From an uncultured Candidatus Binatia bacterium (lineage in GTDB: Bacteria; Desulfobacterota; Binatia; UBA9968; JAJDTQ01), in assembly GCA_965215605.1 (NCBI GenBank), contig OZ244070.1:3712001-3776000 (forward strand): 64,000 nt of DNA. Reading direction: 5' to 3'. A program made the translations under genes and the position numbers. Shown here piece by piece: positions 38,638-47,672 of this stretch. The notes beneath the pieces are model-generated. The model did not search any database. It was given only the letters and a program-made list of their open reading frames with translations, and had not been told where the DNA came from. How positions within the stretch are numbered: position 1 is the stretch's first letter; each line of letters starts with the position of its first letter.

Positions 38638-39240
38638 ATGGCCGAATACCCAGTGGAGCCGGTGTCCCACACCGAGCCGGCGACCAGCAAGAAGACCTAC
38701 ATCAGCGCCCAATCACTGCTTGAGGACTCGTTCCGGCTGGGCATGCAGATTCTGGAAAGCGGCTTCCGTCCGAGCTTCATCGTGGGCATCTGGCGGGGCG
38801 GAACCCCGGTGGGCATCGCGGTGCAGGAGCTGTTGGACTACTTCGGGATCGAGACCGACCACATCGCCATCCGCACCTCCTTTTACAAGAGCATCGGCCA
38901 GACCGATTCGCGCATCCGGGTCCACGGCATGCAGTACATCATCGACAACGTCAACGCCGATCAGGGGCTGCTGATCGTGGACGACGTTTTCGACACCGGC
39001 CTCAGCATCGAGGCCGTGCTCTCGCACCTGACAAGCAGGTCCCGCCGCAATACCCCGGTGGACACCCGGGTCGCCACCGTCTACTACAAGCCGGGCAACA
39101 ACCGCACCGGCCGCGGACCCGACTACTACATGCACGAGACCGATCACTGGCTGGTCTTCCCGCACGAGCTGCACGGCCTGACGCGGGATGAAATCATCAG
39201 GCACAAGCTCGGCACCGGGGCCTTCGCGCCGCGTCTGTAA
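38638..39240 (+). CDS. Purine (hypoxanthine/xanthine) phosphoribosyltransferase-like protein
   Basis: GIWRGG, LIVDDVFDTG PRPP motif, WLVFPHE; GGAGG RBS. Confidence 0.85.
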   Translation: MAEYPVEPVSHTEPATSKKTYISAQSLLEDSFRLGMQILESGFRPSFIVGIWRGGTPVGIAVQELLDYFGIETDHIAIRTSFYKSIGQTDSRIRVHGMQYIIDNVNADQGLLIVDDVFDTGLSIEAVLSHLTSRSRRNTPVDTRVATVYYKPGNNRTGRGPDYYMHETDHWLVFPHELHGLTRDEIIRHKLGTGAFAPRL

Positions 39241-39344
39241 ATCCGCCCGGTTGGGGCTTGCATGGCGGAACGGCACCCTCTATATGCCTGACCGTTCTCC
39301 ACGGTACTTTATATTGGGTTAGGGATGGGCTGCACTTCATGGAG

Positions 39345-40895
39345 ATGATGGACGAGAGCGGTTATCTCCTCGAGGCCGAAGATATCGTCAAGCGCTTTGG
39401 TGATTTCACGGCCAACGACAAGGTGACTCTGCGGTTGCGGCCGGGAGAGATACACGCCTTGCTGGGCGAGAACGGCGCCGGCAAATCCACCCTGGTCAAG
39501 ATCATCTACGGCGCGCTGCAGCCCAACGGGGGGCGACTCCGTTGGCGCGGGGCGGCCGTCGCCGTGCCCAATCCCGGGGCCGCGAGGCAACTCGGCATCG
39601 GCATGGTGTTCCAGCACTTCTCGCTGTTCGAGGCGTTGACGGTGGTGGAAAACATCGCCTTGGCGATACCCGGACCCTTCAACCCCCGCGCGCTGGCGGA
39701 AGAGGTCGAACAGGTGTCGGCGGACTATGGACTGCCGCTGGACCCCGCCGCCCTGGTGGCGGACCTGCCGGTGGGCGTGCGCCAGCGCATCGAGGTGGTG
39801 CGCTGTCTGCTCCAGAACCCTCGGCTCCTTATCATGGACGAGCCCACCGCGGTGCTCACGCCCCAGGAAGCGCGCCGGCTCTTCGTCACGTTGGAACGTC
39901 TGGCGGACGACGGCTGCGCGGTGCTCTATATCTCGCACCGGCTGGAAGAGGTGCGGCAACTCTGTCATCGAGCCACCGTCCTTCGCCACGGCAGGGTGGC
40001 GGCGGACGTGGACCCCCGGGTTGAAACCGCTGCGTCGCTGGCGCGGCTCATGGTAGGCGCCGACGTCCAGTCCGTCGTCGCCGAGACCCGGGAGCAGGCG
40101 GGATCCGTGGCCCTCACGGTCGACGCTCTCTCCCTCCCGGCCATGAAGCCCTTCGGGGTGCCGCTGCGCAACGTGTCGCTGGCAGTGCGGAGCGGCGAGG
40201 TGACCGCGGTGGCGGGCGTCGCCGGCAACGGCCAGTCGGAGTTGTTCGAGGTGCTGTCCGGCGAACGGCTGGCCCCCGCGCCCGAATCCGTCACCATTGC
40301 CGGACGGCCCTGCGGCGTCCAGGACATCACCGAGCGGCGGCGTCTGGGAGCCGCGTTCGTGCCCGAGGAGCGCCTCGGGCACAGCGCCGTGCCCGGCTTC
40401 CGGTTGTCGGACAACATGCTGCTCACTCGCCATGCCTCGGGCGACGACCTGGTGCGAACCGGCTTCATCAACGGAGGCCGTACGCGGGCGCTCACCGCCC
40501 GGGTCACCGAGCGTTTCGATGTGCGCTTCAGCCGCAGGGATCAGGAGGCCGGCGCGCTGTCCGGCGGCAATCTCCAGAAGTTCGTGGTGGGGCGCGAGCT
40601 GGACCGGAAACCCCGGGTGCTGGTCATCAACCAGCCCACCTGGGGCGTGGACGCGGGCGCAGCCGCGCTCATCCGGCAGGCCCTGGTGGACCGGGCCCGG
40701 GACGGCGCCGCGGTGCTGGTCATCAGCCAGGACCTCGACGAGATCTTCGAAATCGCCGACCGTATCACGGTCATCTCCCGCGGCACGTTGTCGGATACCT
40801 ATCCGGCCGACGCCATCGACCGGGAACGCATCGGAATGTTGATGGCCGGGGCCCAAGAGCCCGACGCGGCCCCGGACCGGGATGCACGGGCGTGA
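39345..40895 (+). CDS. ABC transporter ATP-binding protein (nucleoside/CUT2-like, two NBDs)
   Basis: GENGAGKST, MDEPTAVL and LSGGNLQK motifs; start codon uncertain (39339/39345/39348). Confidence 0.92.
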   Translation: MMDESGYLLEAEDIVKRFGDFTANDKVTLRLRPGEIHALLGENGAGKSTLVKIIYGALQPNGGRLRWRGAAVAVPNPGAARQLGIGMVFQHFSLFEALTVVENIALAIPGPFNPRALAEEVEQVSADYGLPLDPAALVADLPVGVRQRIEVVRCLLQNPRLLIMDEPTAVLTPQEARRLFVTLERLADDGCAVLYISHRLEEVRQLCHRATVLRHGRVAADVDPRVETAASLARLMVGADVQSVVAETREQAGSVALTVDALSLPAMKPFGVPLRNVSLAVRSGEVTAVAGVAGNGQSELFEVLSGERLAPAPESVTIAGRPCGVQDITERRRLGAAFVPEERLGHSAVPGFRLSDNMLLTRHASGDDLVRTGFINGGRTRALTARVTERFDVRFSRRDQEAGALSGGNLQKFVVGRELDRKPRVLVINQPTWGVDAGAAALIRQALVDRARDGAAVLVISQDLDEIFEIADRITVISRGTLSDTYPADAIDRERIGMLMAGAQEPDAAPDRDARA

Positions 40896-42031
40896 GGGTC
40901 GTGCTGGAGAAGCGGCCGGAGCGCAGCCGGGCGATGCAGGTCGCCTCGCCGCTCCTTGCCGTGGCCCTCACCGTGCTCTTCGGCAGCATCCTGTTCGCCG
41001 CCCGCGGCTTCGACCCGCTTCACGCCATCTACGTCTACTTCATCGGGCCCCTGACCACCTTGTGGTCCGTGGAGGAACTCATCGTCAAGGCAACGCCGCT
41101 GGTGCTGATCGGCGCCGGACTGGCGATCTGCTTCCGGGCGGACCTCTGGAACATCGGCGCCGAAGGGCAGCTCATCGCGGGCGCCCTGGCCGGCGCCGCC
41201 ATCCCCATCCTGGCGCCCGAGTGGGACTCGGCCCTGGCCATCCCCGCCATGCTGGTGCTGGGCATGCTCGGCGGCATGGCCTGGGCGGCGGTGCCCGCTT
41301 TTCTGCGCAACCGCTTCGGCGCCAATGAAATCCTCACCAGCCTGATGCTGGTGTACGTGGCGCAGTATCTGCTGGACTGGCTCGTGCGCGGTCCCTGGCG
41401 CGACCCCCACGGTTTCAACTTCCCCAAGTCCATCAGCTTCAACGACTGGCACCTGCTGGCTACCTTCGGCGACGGTCGGGTGCATCTCGGTGCGGTCTTC
41501 GCGGTCGTCGTCGCGGCGGTGCTGGCCGTGTTCATGGCGCGCACCCTCATGGGTTTCGAGATACGGGTGCGGGGAGAAGCGCCCCGGGCCAGCGGCTTCG
41601 GCGGCTTCTCGCAGGCGGGGACCACTTGGCTGTGCTTCGGGATTTCCGGGGCGCTGGCCGGACTGGCCGGGATCTGCGAGGTGGCGGGCCCGGTGGGGCA
41701 GCTCCAGCCCACCATCTCGCCGGGCTACGGCTTCACCGCCATCATCGTGGCGTTTCTCGGGCGGTTGAACCCGCTGGGCGCGCTGTTCGGAGGGCTCGTG
41801 CTGGCCATCTGCTACCTCGGCGGCGAGGCCGCACAGGTGGAGCTCTCCGTCTCCGAGAAGACGGCGCAGGTGTTTCAGGGAATGCTGCTGTTCTTCATCC
41901 TGACCTGCGACACCTTGATCCGTTGCCGGATACGGGTGGAGCGGGGGACTCCCGGCTCCTCGAGCCTGCGTGCATCCATCGTGGGGAGCCCCGCGGCCAG
42001 GACCGCGGACGCCGAAGGGACTGCCCGATGA
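40892..42031 (+). CDS. ABC transporter permease
   Basis: WNIGAEGQ, NEILTSLML and GFTAIIVAFLGRLNP motifs. Confidence 0.92.
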   Translation: MRVVLEKRPERSRAMQVASPLLAVALTVLFGSILFAARGFDPLHAIYVYFIGPLTTLWSVEELIVKATPLVLIGAGLAICFRADLWNIGAEGQLIAGALAGAAIPILAPEWDSALAIPAMLVLGMLGGMAWAAVPAFLRNRFGANEILTSLMLVYVAQYLLDWLVRGPWRDPHGFNFPKSISFNDWHLLATFGDGRVHLGAVFAVVVAAVLAVFMARTLMGFEIRVRGEAPRASGFGGFSQAGTTWLCFGISGALAGLAGICEVAGPVGQLQPTISPGYGFTAIIVAFLGRLNPLGALFGGLVLAICYLGGEAAQVELSVSEKTAQVFQGMLLFFILTCDTLIRCRIRVERGTPGSSSLRASIVGSPAARTADAEGTAR

Positions 42032-42948
42032 ATGCACTGGAGGCCGTATTGCTCACCATCATCACGGCTTCGACGCCGCTGCTCCTGGCGGCGGTGGGCG
42101 AGCTGGTAACGGAGCGCTCCGGCGTGCTCAACCTGGGTGTCGAGGGCATGATGATCATGGGCGCGGTGACCGGCTTCGCGGCCGCGTATACCACCGGCTC
42201 CGCCGCCGTGGGGGTGGCGGCGGCCGTCGCCACCGGCGTTGCCATGGCGCTCCTGTTCGCCTTCCTGACCCAGACCCTGGCGGCCAACCAGATGGCCACG
42301 GGACTCGCCCTGACGCTCTTCGGAATCGGCCTTTCGGGGCTCATCGGCCAGCCGTTTACCGGATTGCCGGGGGTCAAGCTGGGTGCCGTGCACGTTCCCT
42401 GGCTGAGCGACCTGCCTCTCATCGGCCCGGTGCTGTTCGCCCAGGACGTGCTGGTGTACGGCTCCGTGGCGCTCACGGCATTCGTCGCGTGGATATTCGC
42501 CCGGACCCGGCTGGGACTGGTGATCCGGGCCATCGGCGGCAACCATCATTCCGCCCACGCCCTGGGCTACGACGTGGCCGCGGTGCGCTACGGCTGCATC
42601 GCCTTTGGCGGAGCGTGTGCGGGACTGGCCGGAGGCTACCTGTCGCTCGTGTACACGCCGCAGTGGATCGAAAACATGTCCGGCGGCCGCGGCTGGATCG
42701 CGCTGGCGCTGGTGGTGTTCGCCACCTGGACGCCCAACCGGGTGGCGGTCGGCGCCTATCTGTTCGGGGCCGTGTGGATCATGGGCCTCTACGCCCAGGG
42801 CGTCGGCGTCGCCATTCCCTCCCAGTTCCTGGCCTCCCTGCCGTATCTGGTGACCATCGCGGCGCTGCTGGCCATCTCGGGAAACCGGATCTTGACGAAA
42901 GTGAATACACCTGCGTGTATCGGCCAAACGTTCGTGCCGGACCGTTGA
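42028..42948 (+). CDS. ABC transporter permease
   Basis: ERSGVLNLGVEGMM and GRGWIALALV motifs. Confidence 0.92.
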   Translation: MNALEAVLLTIITASTPLLLAAVGELVTERSGVLNLGVEGMMIMGAVTGFAAAYTTGSAAVGVAAAVATGVAMALLFAFLTQTLAANQMATGLALTLFGIGLSGLIGQPFTGLPGVKLGAVHVPWLSDLPLIGPVLFAQDVLVYGSVALTAFVAWIFARTRLGLVIRAIGGNHHSAHALGYDVAAVRYGCIAFGGACAGLAGGYLSLVYTPQWIENMSGGRGWIALALVVFATWTPNRVAVGAYLFGAVWIMGLYAQGVGVAIPSQFLASLPYLVTIAALLAISGNRILTKVNTPACIGQTFVPDR

Positions 42949-42984
42949 AACGAACGCACCATTCACCCATCCGGAGGAGATACA

Positions 42985-44052
42985 ATGCATAAGTACATCC
43001 TGCTGGCGGCCGCCCTTGCCCTGACCTTCGTCACCACGGGCGCGTTCGGGGCAGACCCCTTGAAGGTCGGGTTCATCTACGTCGGCCCCATCGGCGACCA
43101 CGGCTGGAGCTACCAGCACGACCAGGGCCGCCTGGCCGTCGACCAGGCCCTGGGCAAGGGCGTCAAGACCCTCTACATCGAGAAGGTCGCCGAGGGTCCG
43201 GATACCGAACGGGCCATCACGCGTCTGGCCCGGCAGGGCGCGGGCCTGATCTTCACCACCTCCTTCGGCTTCATGGATCCCACCATCAAGGTGGCCAAGC
43301 GCTTCCCCAAGGTCATGTTCGAGCACGCCACCGGCTACAAGCGCGCCAAGAACGTCGCCACCTACTCCTCCCGCTTCTACGAGGGGCGCTACGTCATCGG
43401 GCAGATTGCCGCCACGCTTTCCAAGAGCGGCGTGGCCGGCTACATCGCATCCTTCCCCATCCCCGAGGTGGTGCGCGGCATCAACGCCTTCATGCTGGGG
43501 GCCCAGTCCATCAACCCCGATTTCAAGGTCAAGACGGTGTGGGTGAGCTCGTGGTTCGATCCCGGCAAGGAGGCCGACGCCGCCAAGGTGCTCATCGGTC
43601 AGGGCGCGGACATCATCACGCAGCACACCGACTCCACCGCGCCGATGCAGATCGCCGGCGAGAAGGGCGCCAAGGCTTTCGGCCAGGCGTCGGACATGAT
43701 CAAGTTCGGCCCCAAGACCCAGCTCACCGCCATCATCGACGACTGGCGGCCCTACTACGTCCAGCGCACCAGGGCGGTGCTCGACGGCTCCTGGAAGTCC
43801 ACGGATACCTGGGGCGGGATGGACACCGGCATGGTCGGCATGGCGCCCTACACCAATATGCCCGCGGACGTGGCCGCCATGGCCAAGGCCACCGAGGACA
43901 AGATCCGCTCCGGCAAGATGCACGCCTTCGACGGCCCCATCTACAAGCAGGACGGCTCCCTGGCCGTGCCCAAGGGCAAACGCCTGGACGACGGCACCCT
44001 GCTGGGCATGAACTGGTACGTCAAGGGAATCGACGACAAGCTGCCCAAGTAG
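42985..44052 (+). CDS. BMP family ABC substrate-binding protein (purine-type)
   Basis: Signal peptide, VGFIYVGPIGDHGWSYQHD, TTSFGF, SWFDPGKE, QHTDS. Confidence 0.92.
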   Translation: MHKYILLAAALALTFVTTGAFGADPLKVGFIYVGPIGDHGWSYQHDQGRLAVDQALGKGVKTLYIEKVAEGPDTERAITRLARQGAGLIFTTSFGFMDPTIKVAKRFPKVMFEHATGYKRAKNVATYSSRFYEGRYVIGQIAATLSKSGVAGYIASFPIPEVVRGINAFMLGAQSINPDFKVKTVWVSSWFDPGKEADAAKVLIGQGADIITQHTDSTAPMQIAGEKGAKAFGQASDMIKFGPKTQLTAIIDDWRPYYVQRTRAVLDGSWKSTDTWGGMDTGMVGMAPYTNMPADVAAMAKATEDKIRSGKMHAFDGPIYKQDGSLAVPKGKRLDDGTLLGMNWYVKGIDDKLPK

Positions 44053-44123
44053 AGACGGCAGCCCCGTAACACCGGTCGACCGAACGACGCGCGCATCCGA
44101 CAGGTGGCCAAGGCGCACCGGAC

Positions 44124-44273
44124 ATGAACGTGCTTCTCATCCTGTCGGACGAGCACAACCGGGAGGTCGCCGGCTGTTACGGGAATCCCATCGTCCAAAC
44201 GCCGAGTCTCGATGCGCTCGCGGCCCGCGGGGTCGTCTTCGAAAGCGCCTACTGCAAATCATCGGAGAGATGA
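44124..44273 (+). pseudogene. Truncated sulfatase (choline-sulfatase-like N-terminus)
   Basis: MNVLLILSDEHNREVAGCYGNPIVQTPSLDALAARGVVFESAYC, then stops before the CxPxR motif. Confidence 0.75.
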
Positions 44274-44744
44274 CGGCGGTGCCGCCCTCCGTTTCGCGAA
44301 ACCGATGGTCCTGATGCCAGTGTTCTGCCCGGCGACTGGCTCATCTGGCTGCCACCCTTGGCTTATGTAGAACGCGTTGGCGGCTGAGTTGTCGGCGAAG
44401 CTCTCCAACTGGATGGTCGCGTGTTCCGCGAACAAGCGCGCCTCGGCTTCGGCCAGAAGCACGCGGCCGATGCCGCATCTCTGGTGTTTCGGCGCCACCA
44501 TCAGCAAGTCGATCAGCGGCCCCTCGGTGACGCAGAAGCCGACGATATCGCCGTCTCGCTCCGCGACGCGACACGCTCCCAAGTGCCTGTCCACGTGGTC
44601 CCTGACTCCCCCGTCGGCGACCCAGCTCTCGATCGCGTCGCGGCCCAGAAACGGGATGTAGTTGGTCCGTGCCGTGCAGATGGCGAGGGTGACCAACGCC
44701 TCCCGGTCGTTCTCGCCCGCGGGCCGGATGGTCAATCCGTGCAA
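44259..44744 (-). CDS. GNAT family N-acetyltransferase
   Basis: LMVAPKHQRCGIGRVL acetyl-CoA motif, N..A..FY...GW. Confidence 0.85.
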   Translation of the reverse strand: MHGLTIRPAGENDREALVTLAICTARTNYIPFLGRDAIESWVADGGVRDHVDRHLGACRVAERDGDIVGFCVTEGPLIDLLMVAPKHQRCGIGRVLLAEAEARLFAEHATIQLESFADNSAANAFYISQGWQPDEPVAGQNTGIRTIGFAKRRAAPPSSLR

Positions 44745-44854
44745 CCTGAACCCCTATGTTCGACTGGGAATGACACCGTCCCGGAGGGATTGTCCCTTGG
44801 ATTCAAGTACGGCACGCTGAGGTGGTCCCGAAAAATCGGACAGGTTGCTGAGAA

Positions 44855-44929
44855 TGGTGCGCCCGCCAGGAATCGAACCTGGACTTAGGGTTCCGGAGAC
44901 CCTCGTGATGTCCTTTTCACTACGGGCGC
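44855..44929 (-). tRNA. tRNA-Arg(CCG)
   Basis: Acceptor GCGCCCG/CGGGCGC-ACCA, anticodon arm AGGGT-CTCCGGA-ACCCT, T-loop GGTTCGATTCC. Confidence 0.95.
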
Positions 44930-45059
44930 ATGTCTCTTGTTTATCAGACAAGGCCGCTGCCTCTCAAGGCTGTCTTAACGAAAAGGACCGATGGGCGGCC
45001 TTCCGAGCGGTTCACCTTGCAAATCGTCCACGCTTTGGATGATTTGCAAGGTGAACCAT

Positions 45060-45974
45060 TTATCTTCCCACAGCGTTGAGAATGGCCTGCGCCACCACTT
45101 CCGCGGCCAGGATGCCGGCTTCGTTGACGTCGGCCCGGCGTTTGCCGGTGGAAATAGCAAACAGGGTGTCGCCGTCGCGCAGGGTATGGGACGGGTGGAT
45201 GGCACGGGCGAGGCCGTCGTGGGCCATGGAGGCCACGGTGTTGGCTTCCGCGGGGGAGAGGGCCGCGTCGGTGGCGACGACGCCGATGGTGGTATTGGTT
45301 CCGGGTATGCCTCGGCCGCGCTCCTGCCGTGATCGCCGCGCGGCTTCCGCCGTTTGGCCGGGGGATTCCTCCCGCCCGCCCGCCACCACTTCACCGGTGG
45401 CGGGATCGACGACACAACCGACGGCGTTGACCACGACCAGGGCGCCCACCACGACGCCGTTCGGCAGCCTTGCGCGAGCCGAGCCGATGCCGCCGTCGGC
45501 GGGGTTCAGGCCCCGAGCCTTGCCCACGGTGGCGCCGGTACCGGCGCCGACGCCACCGGTGGGGACCGGCGCATCCGTAGCCGCCTTGCAGGCGCGGTAG
45601 CCCATGGCCTTGTCGGGGCGGACGCGCGGGTCGCCAACGCCCAGGTCGTAGATCACTGCGGCGGGGACGATGGGGACGGCGCCGTGGGCGGTGGCGAACC
45701 CGGCCCCTTGCTCCTCGAGAAAGCGCATGACGCCGGCGGCGGCGTCAAGGCCGAAGGCGCTGCCGCCGGTCAGAAGGATGCCGTGGGCCTGCCCCACCAG
45801 CCGTCCCGGCCGGATCGCGTCGGTCTCCCGGGTGCCCGGAGCGAATCCGCGCACGTCGACCCCGGCTGCCGCTCCCGCCTTGCAGAGCACCACGGTGCAG
45901 CCGGTACGCGCCCGAAGGTTGGTGGCATGGCCCACCTGAATGCCCCTGACCGCGGTAATGGTCGCGTTCCTCAT
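45060..45974 (-). CDS. Peptidase S58/P1 (DmpA-like) family protein
   Basis: VGH, GCTVV, APGTRETD, GGSAFGL, GAGTGA, NTTIG and DGD motifs. Confidence 0.9.
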   Translation of the reverse strand: MRNATITAVRGIQVGHATNLRARTGCTVVLCKAGAAAGVDVRGFAPGTRETDAIRPGRLVGQAHGILLTGGSAFGLDAAAGVMRFLEEQGAGFATAHGAVPIVPAAVIYDLGVGDPRVRPDKAMGYRACKAATDAPVPTGGVGAGTGATVGKARGLNPADGGIGSARARLPNGVVVGALVVVNAVGCVVDPATGEVVAGGREESPGQTAEAARRSRQERGRGIPGTNTTIGVVATDAALSPAEANTVASMAHDGLARAIHPSHTLRDGDTLFAISTGKRRADVNEAGILAAEVVAQAILNAVGR

Positions 45975-46045
45975 GGATCCCGCTTCATCGCACGGACTCG
46001 AACCCCTGACTCGCTTTCTCGCCCCTTAGCCTATAGCCTGTTCCC

Positions 46046-47278
46046 ATGAGCGGCGAAAACCCTCTTCTGCGTCCCCGGCTTCGCCACGTCGACATCTTCC
46101 CGGTCCCGGAGGAGGAAGGAAAGCGGGCGTTCGGCGTCCGCGATCCCCAGCACGTCAGCGACAAGGTCCTGCGCCTCCAGATCGAGGCGGCCTGCGCGCT
46201 GCAGTTTTTCGACGGCGCGCATACCTTGCCGGAGATACAGGCGGCGTACCGGGAGGCGTACAAGGTCGAGTTTCCGCTGGACTTGCTGGAACAGCTCTGC
46301 CAGGTGCTGGACGAGGGGTTGTTCCTGGACAGCGACAACTTCGAGGTCCACTACCGGCGTCTGGCCAGCTCGTTCCACGAGTCGACCGTCAGGGAAGCGT
46401 TTCACGCGGGCGTCAGCTACGACGAGAATCCGGCCGCCCTCAAGGAAGGCCTGGGGCAATTGTTCGCGCCTCCCAATGGACCCGGGTTGCCCGGCGGGCG
46501 GGACTCCGGGCGAAGCATACCCGGAATCGTCGTGCCCCACATCGACCTGCGGCTGGGGGGTCACGCCTACGCCTGGGCGTACAAGGAACTGGCGGAGGCG
46601 CAGCCGCCGGAACTGTTCGTCATCCTGGGGACCGGGCACAACGGAACACGGAACCCCTATGTCCTGACCTGCAAGCGTTTCGCCACGCCGCTGGGAGAGG
46701 CGCCGGTGGAGGCCGGGTTCATCTCCGGCCTCCAGGCGCGCCACGGCGGAGAGCTCTTCGAGGACGAGCTGGCCCATCGTTCCGAGCACACCATCGAGTT
46801 CCAGGTGCTGTTCATCCAGCAGTTGTTCGGCAACACCACACCGGTCGTGCCGGTGCTGTGCTCCTTCTCCCACGGCGACCCCGGAGACGGCCCGGCGGGA
46901 GACTCCATCGAACGTTTCATCCAGGCGCTGAGAACCATGATTGCCGAAGACGGGCGCCGCATCTGCCTCATCGCCAGCGCGGACCTGGCCCACGTGGGGC
47001 CGCGCTACGGCGACGCCAAGGGTTTCAGCGGAGAAGAACTCAAGGCCGTCAAGGACGCCGACCGGGAGATGCTGGAGCACGTGGAGAGGGTGGACGCGGA
47101 GGGATTCCTGGGCTACCTGGCGCAGGAGGACGACCGGCGCCGGATCTGCGGCTTCTCGCCGATCTACACGATGCTGAGAGCCATGCAGGCCGAAAAGGGG
47201 CGGGTGGTCGCCCACGACCACGGCGACATGGACCCGGTCGGCTCCATCTGCAGCTTCGCCAGCGTCGTCTTCGAGTGA
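46046..47278 (+). CDS. amrB: AmmeMemoRadiSam system protein B (MEMO1-like) with N-terminal extension
   Basis: AGVSY, PHID, GTGH, HRSEHTIEFQ, SADLAHVG and ICG motifs. Confidence 0.85.
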   Translation: MSGENPLLRPRLRHVDIFPVPEEEGKRAFGVRDPQHVSDKVLRLQIEAACALQFFDGAHTLPEIQAAYREAYKVEFPLDLLEQLCQVLDEGLFLDSDNFEVHYRRLASSFHESTVREAFHAGVSYDENPAALKEGLGQLFAPPNGPGLPGGRDSGRSIPGIVVPHIDLRLGGHAYAWAYKELAEAQPPELFVILGTGHNGTRNPYVLTCKRFATPLGEAPVEAGFISGLQARHGGELFEDELAHRSEHTIEFQVLFIQQLFGNTTPVVPVLCSFSHGDPGDGPAGDSIERFIQALRTMIAEDGRRICLIASADLAHVGPRYGDAKGFSGEELKAVKDADREMLEHVERVDAEGFLGYLAQEDDRRRICGFSPIYTMLRAMQAEKGRVVAHDHGDMDPVGSICSFASVVFE

Positions 47279-47343
47279 ACGCGGCGCCCGGTGCGCGCCC
47301 CCCCTGTCCGCCGCGACGCCACCCTCCAACGATGGCAGTGCCG

Positions 47344-47559
47344 CTACGACTCGGGAAACAGCCTCGTCCCGTCGTCGTCCTCCACCGTAATGGCCTTGGT
47401 GGGACAGATCCTGGCGGCCAGGACGACCTTTTCCGAAGCATCGCCGTTGGGGTCCGTGACCTCTGCGATGAACCGCTCGTTCATCTTGAAGACGTTGGGC
47501 GCGGCCTGGACGCATTTCTCGTGGCCATCGCACTTCGTGACATCGACGGTAACCTTCAT
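47344..47559 (-). CDS. Single-cluster ferredoxin (3Fe-4S type)
   Basis: CDGHEKC...AP.VF...CPTKAI; GGAGG RBS. Confidence 0.9.
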   Translation of the reverse strand: MKVTVDVTKCDGHEKCVQAAPNVFKMNERFIAEVTDPNGDASEKVVLAARICPTKAITVEDDDGTRLFPES

Positions 47560-47672
47560 GGTGCCTCCCAGCAAAGAATCTCCCCTGTATAACGGAGTCG
47601 GCCGCGCCATTCCACCGGACACGGATTTCGGTATTGCAGTGCCGGAAGGCCCTGCGATATAGTGAATTGCGC

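Noticed and set aside
38638-44052. PRT plus BMP-ABC operon as a novel system
   Set aside because: This is a common purine salvage and uptake arrangement, and I did not recognise a purine riboswitch upstream.
44855-44929. Intact integrative element at tRNA-Arg
   Set aside because: I saw no integrase and no duplicated tRNA 3' end in the window.
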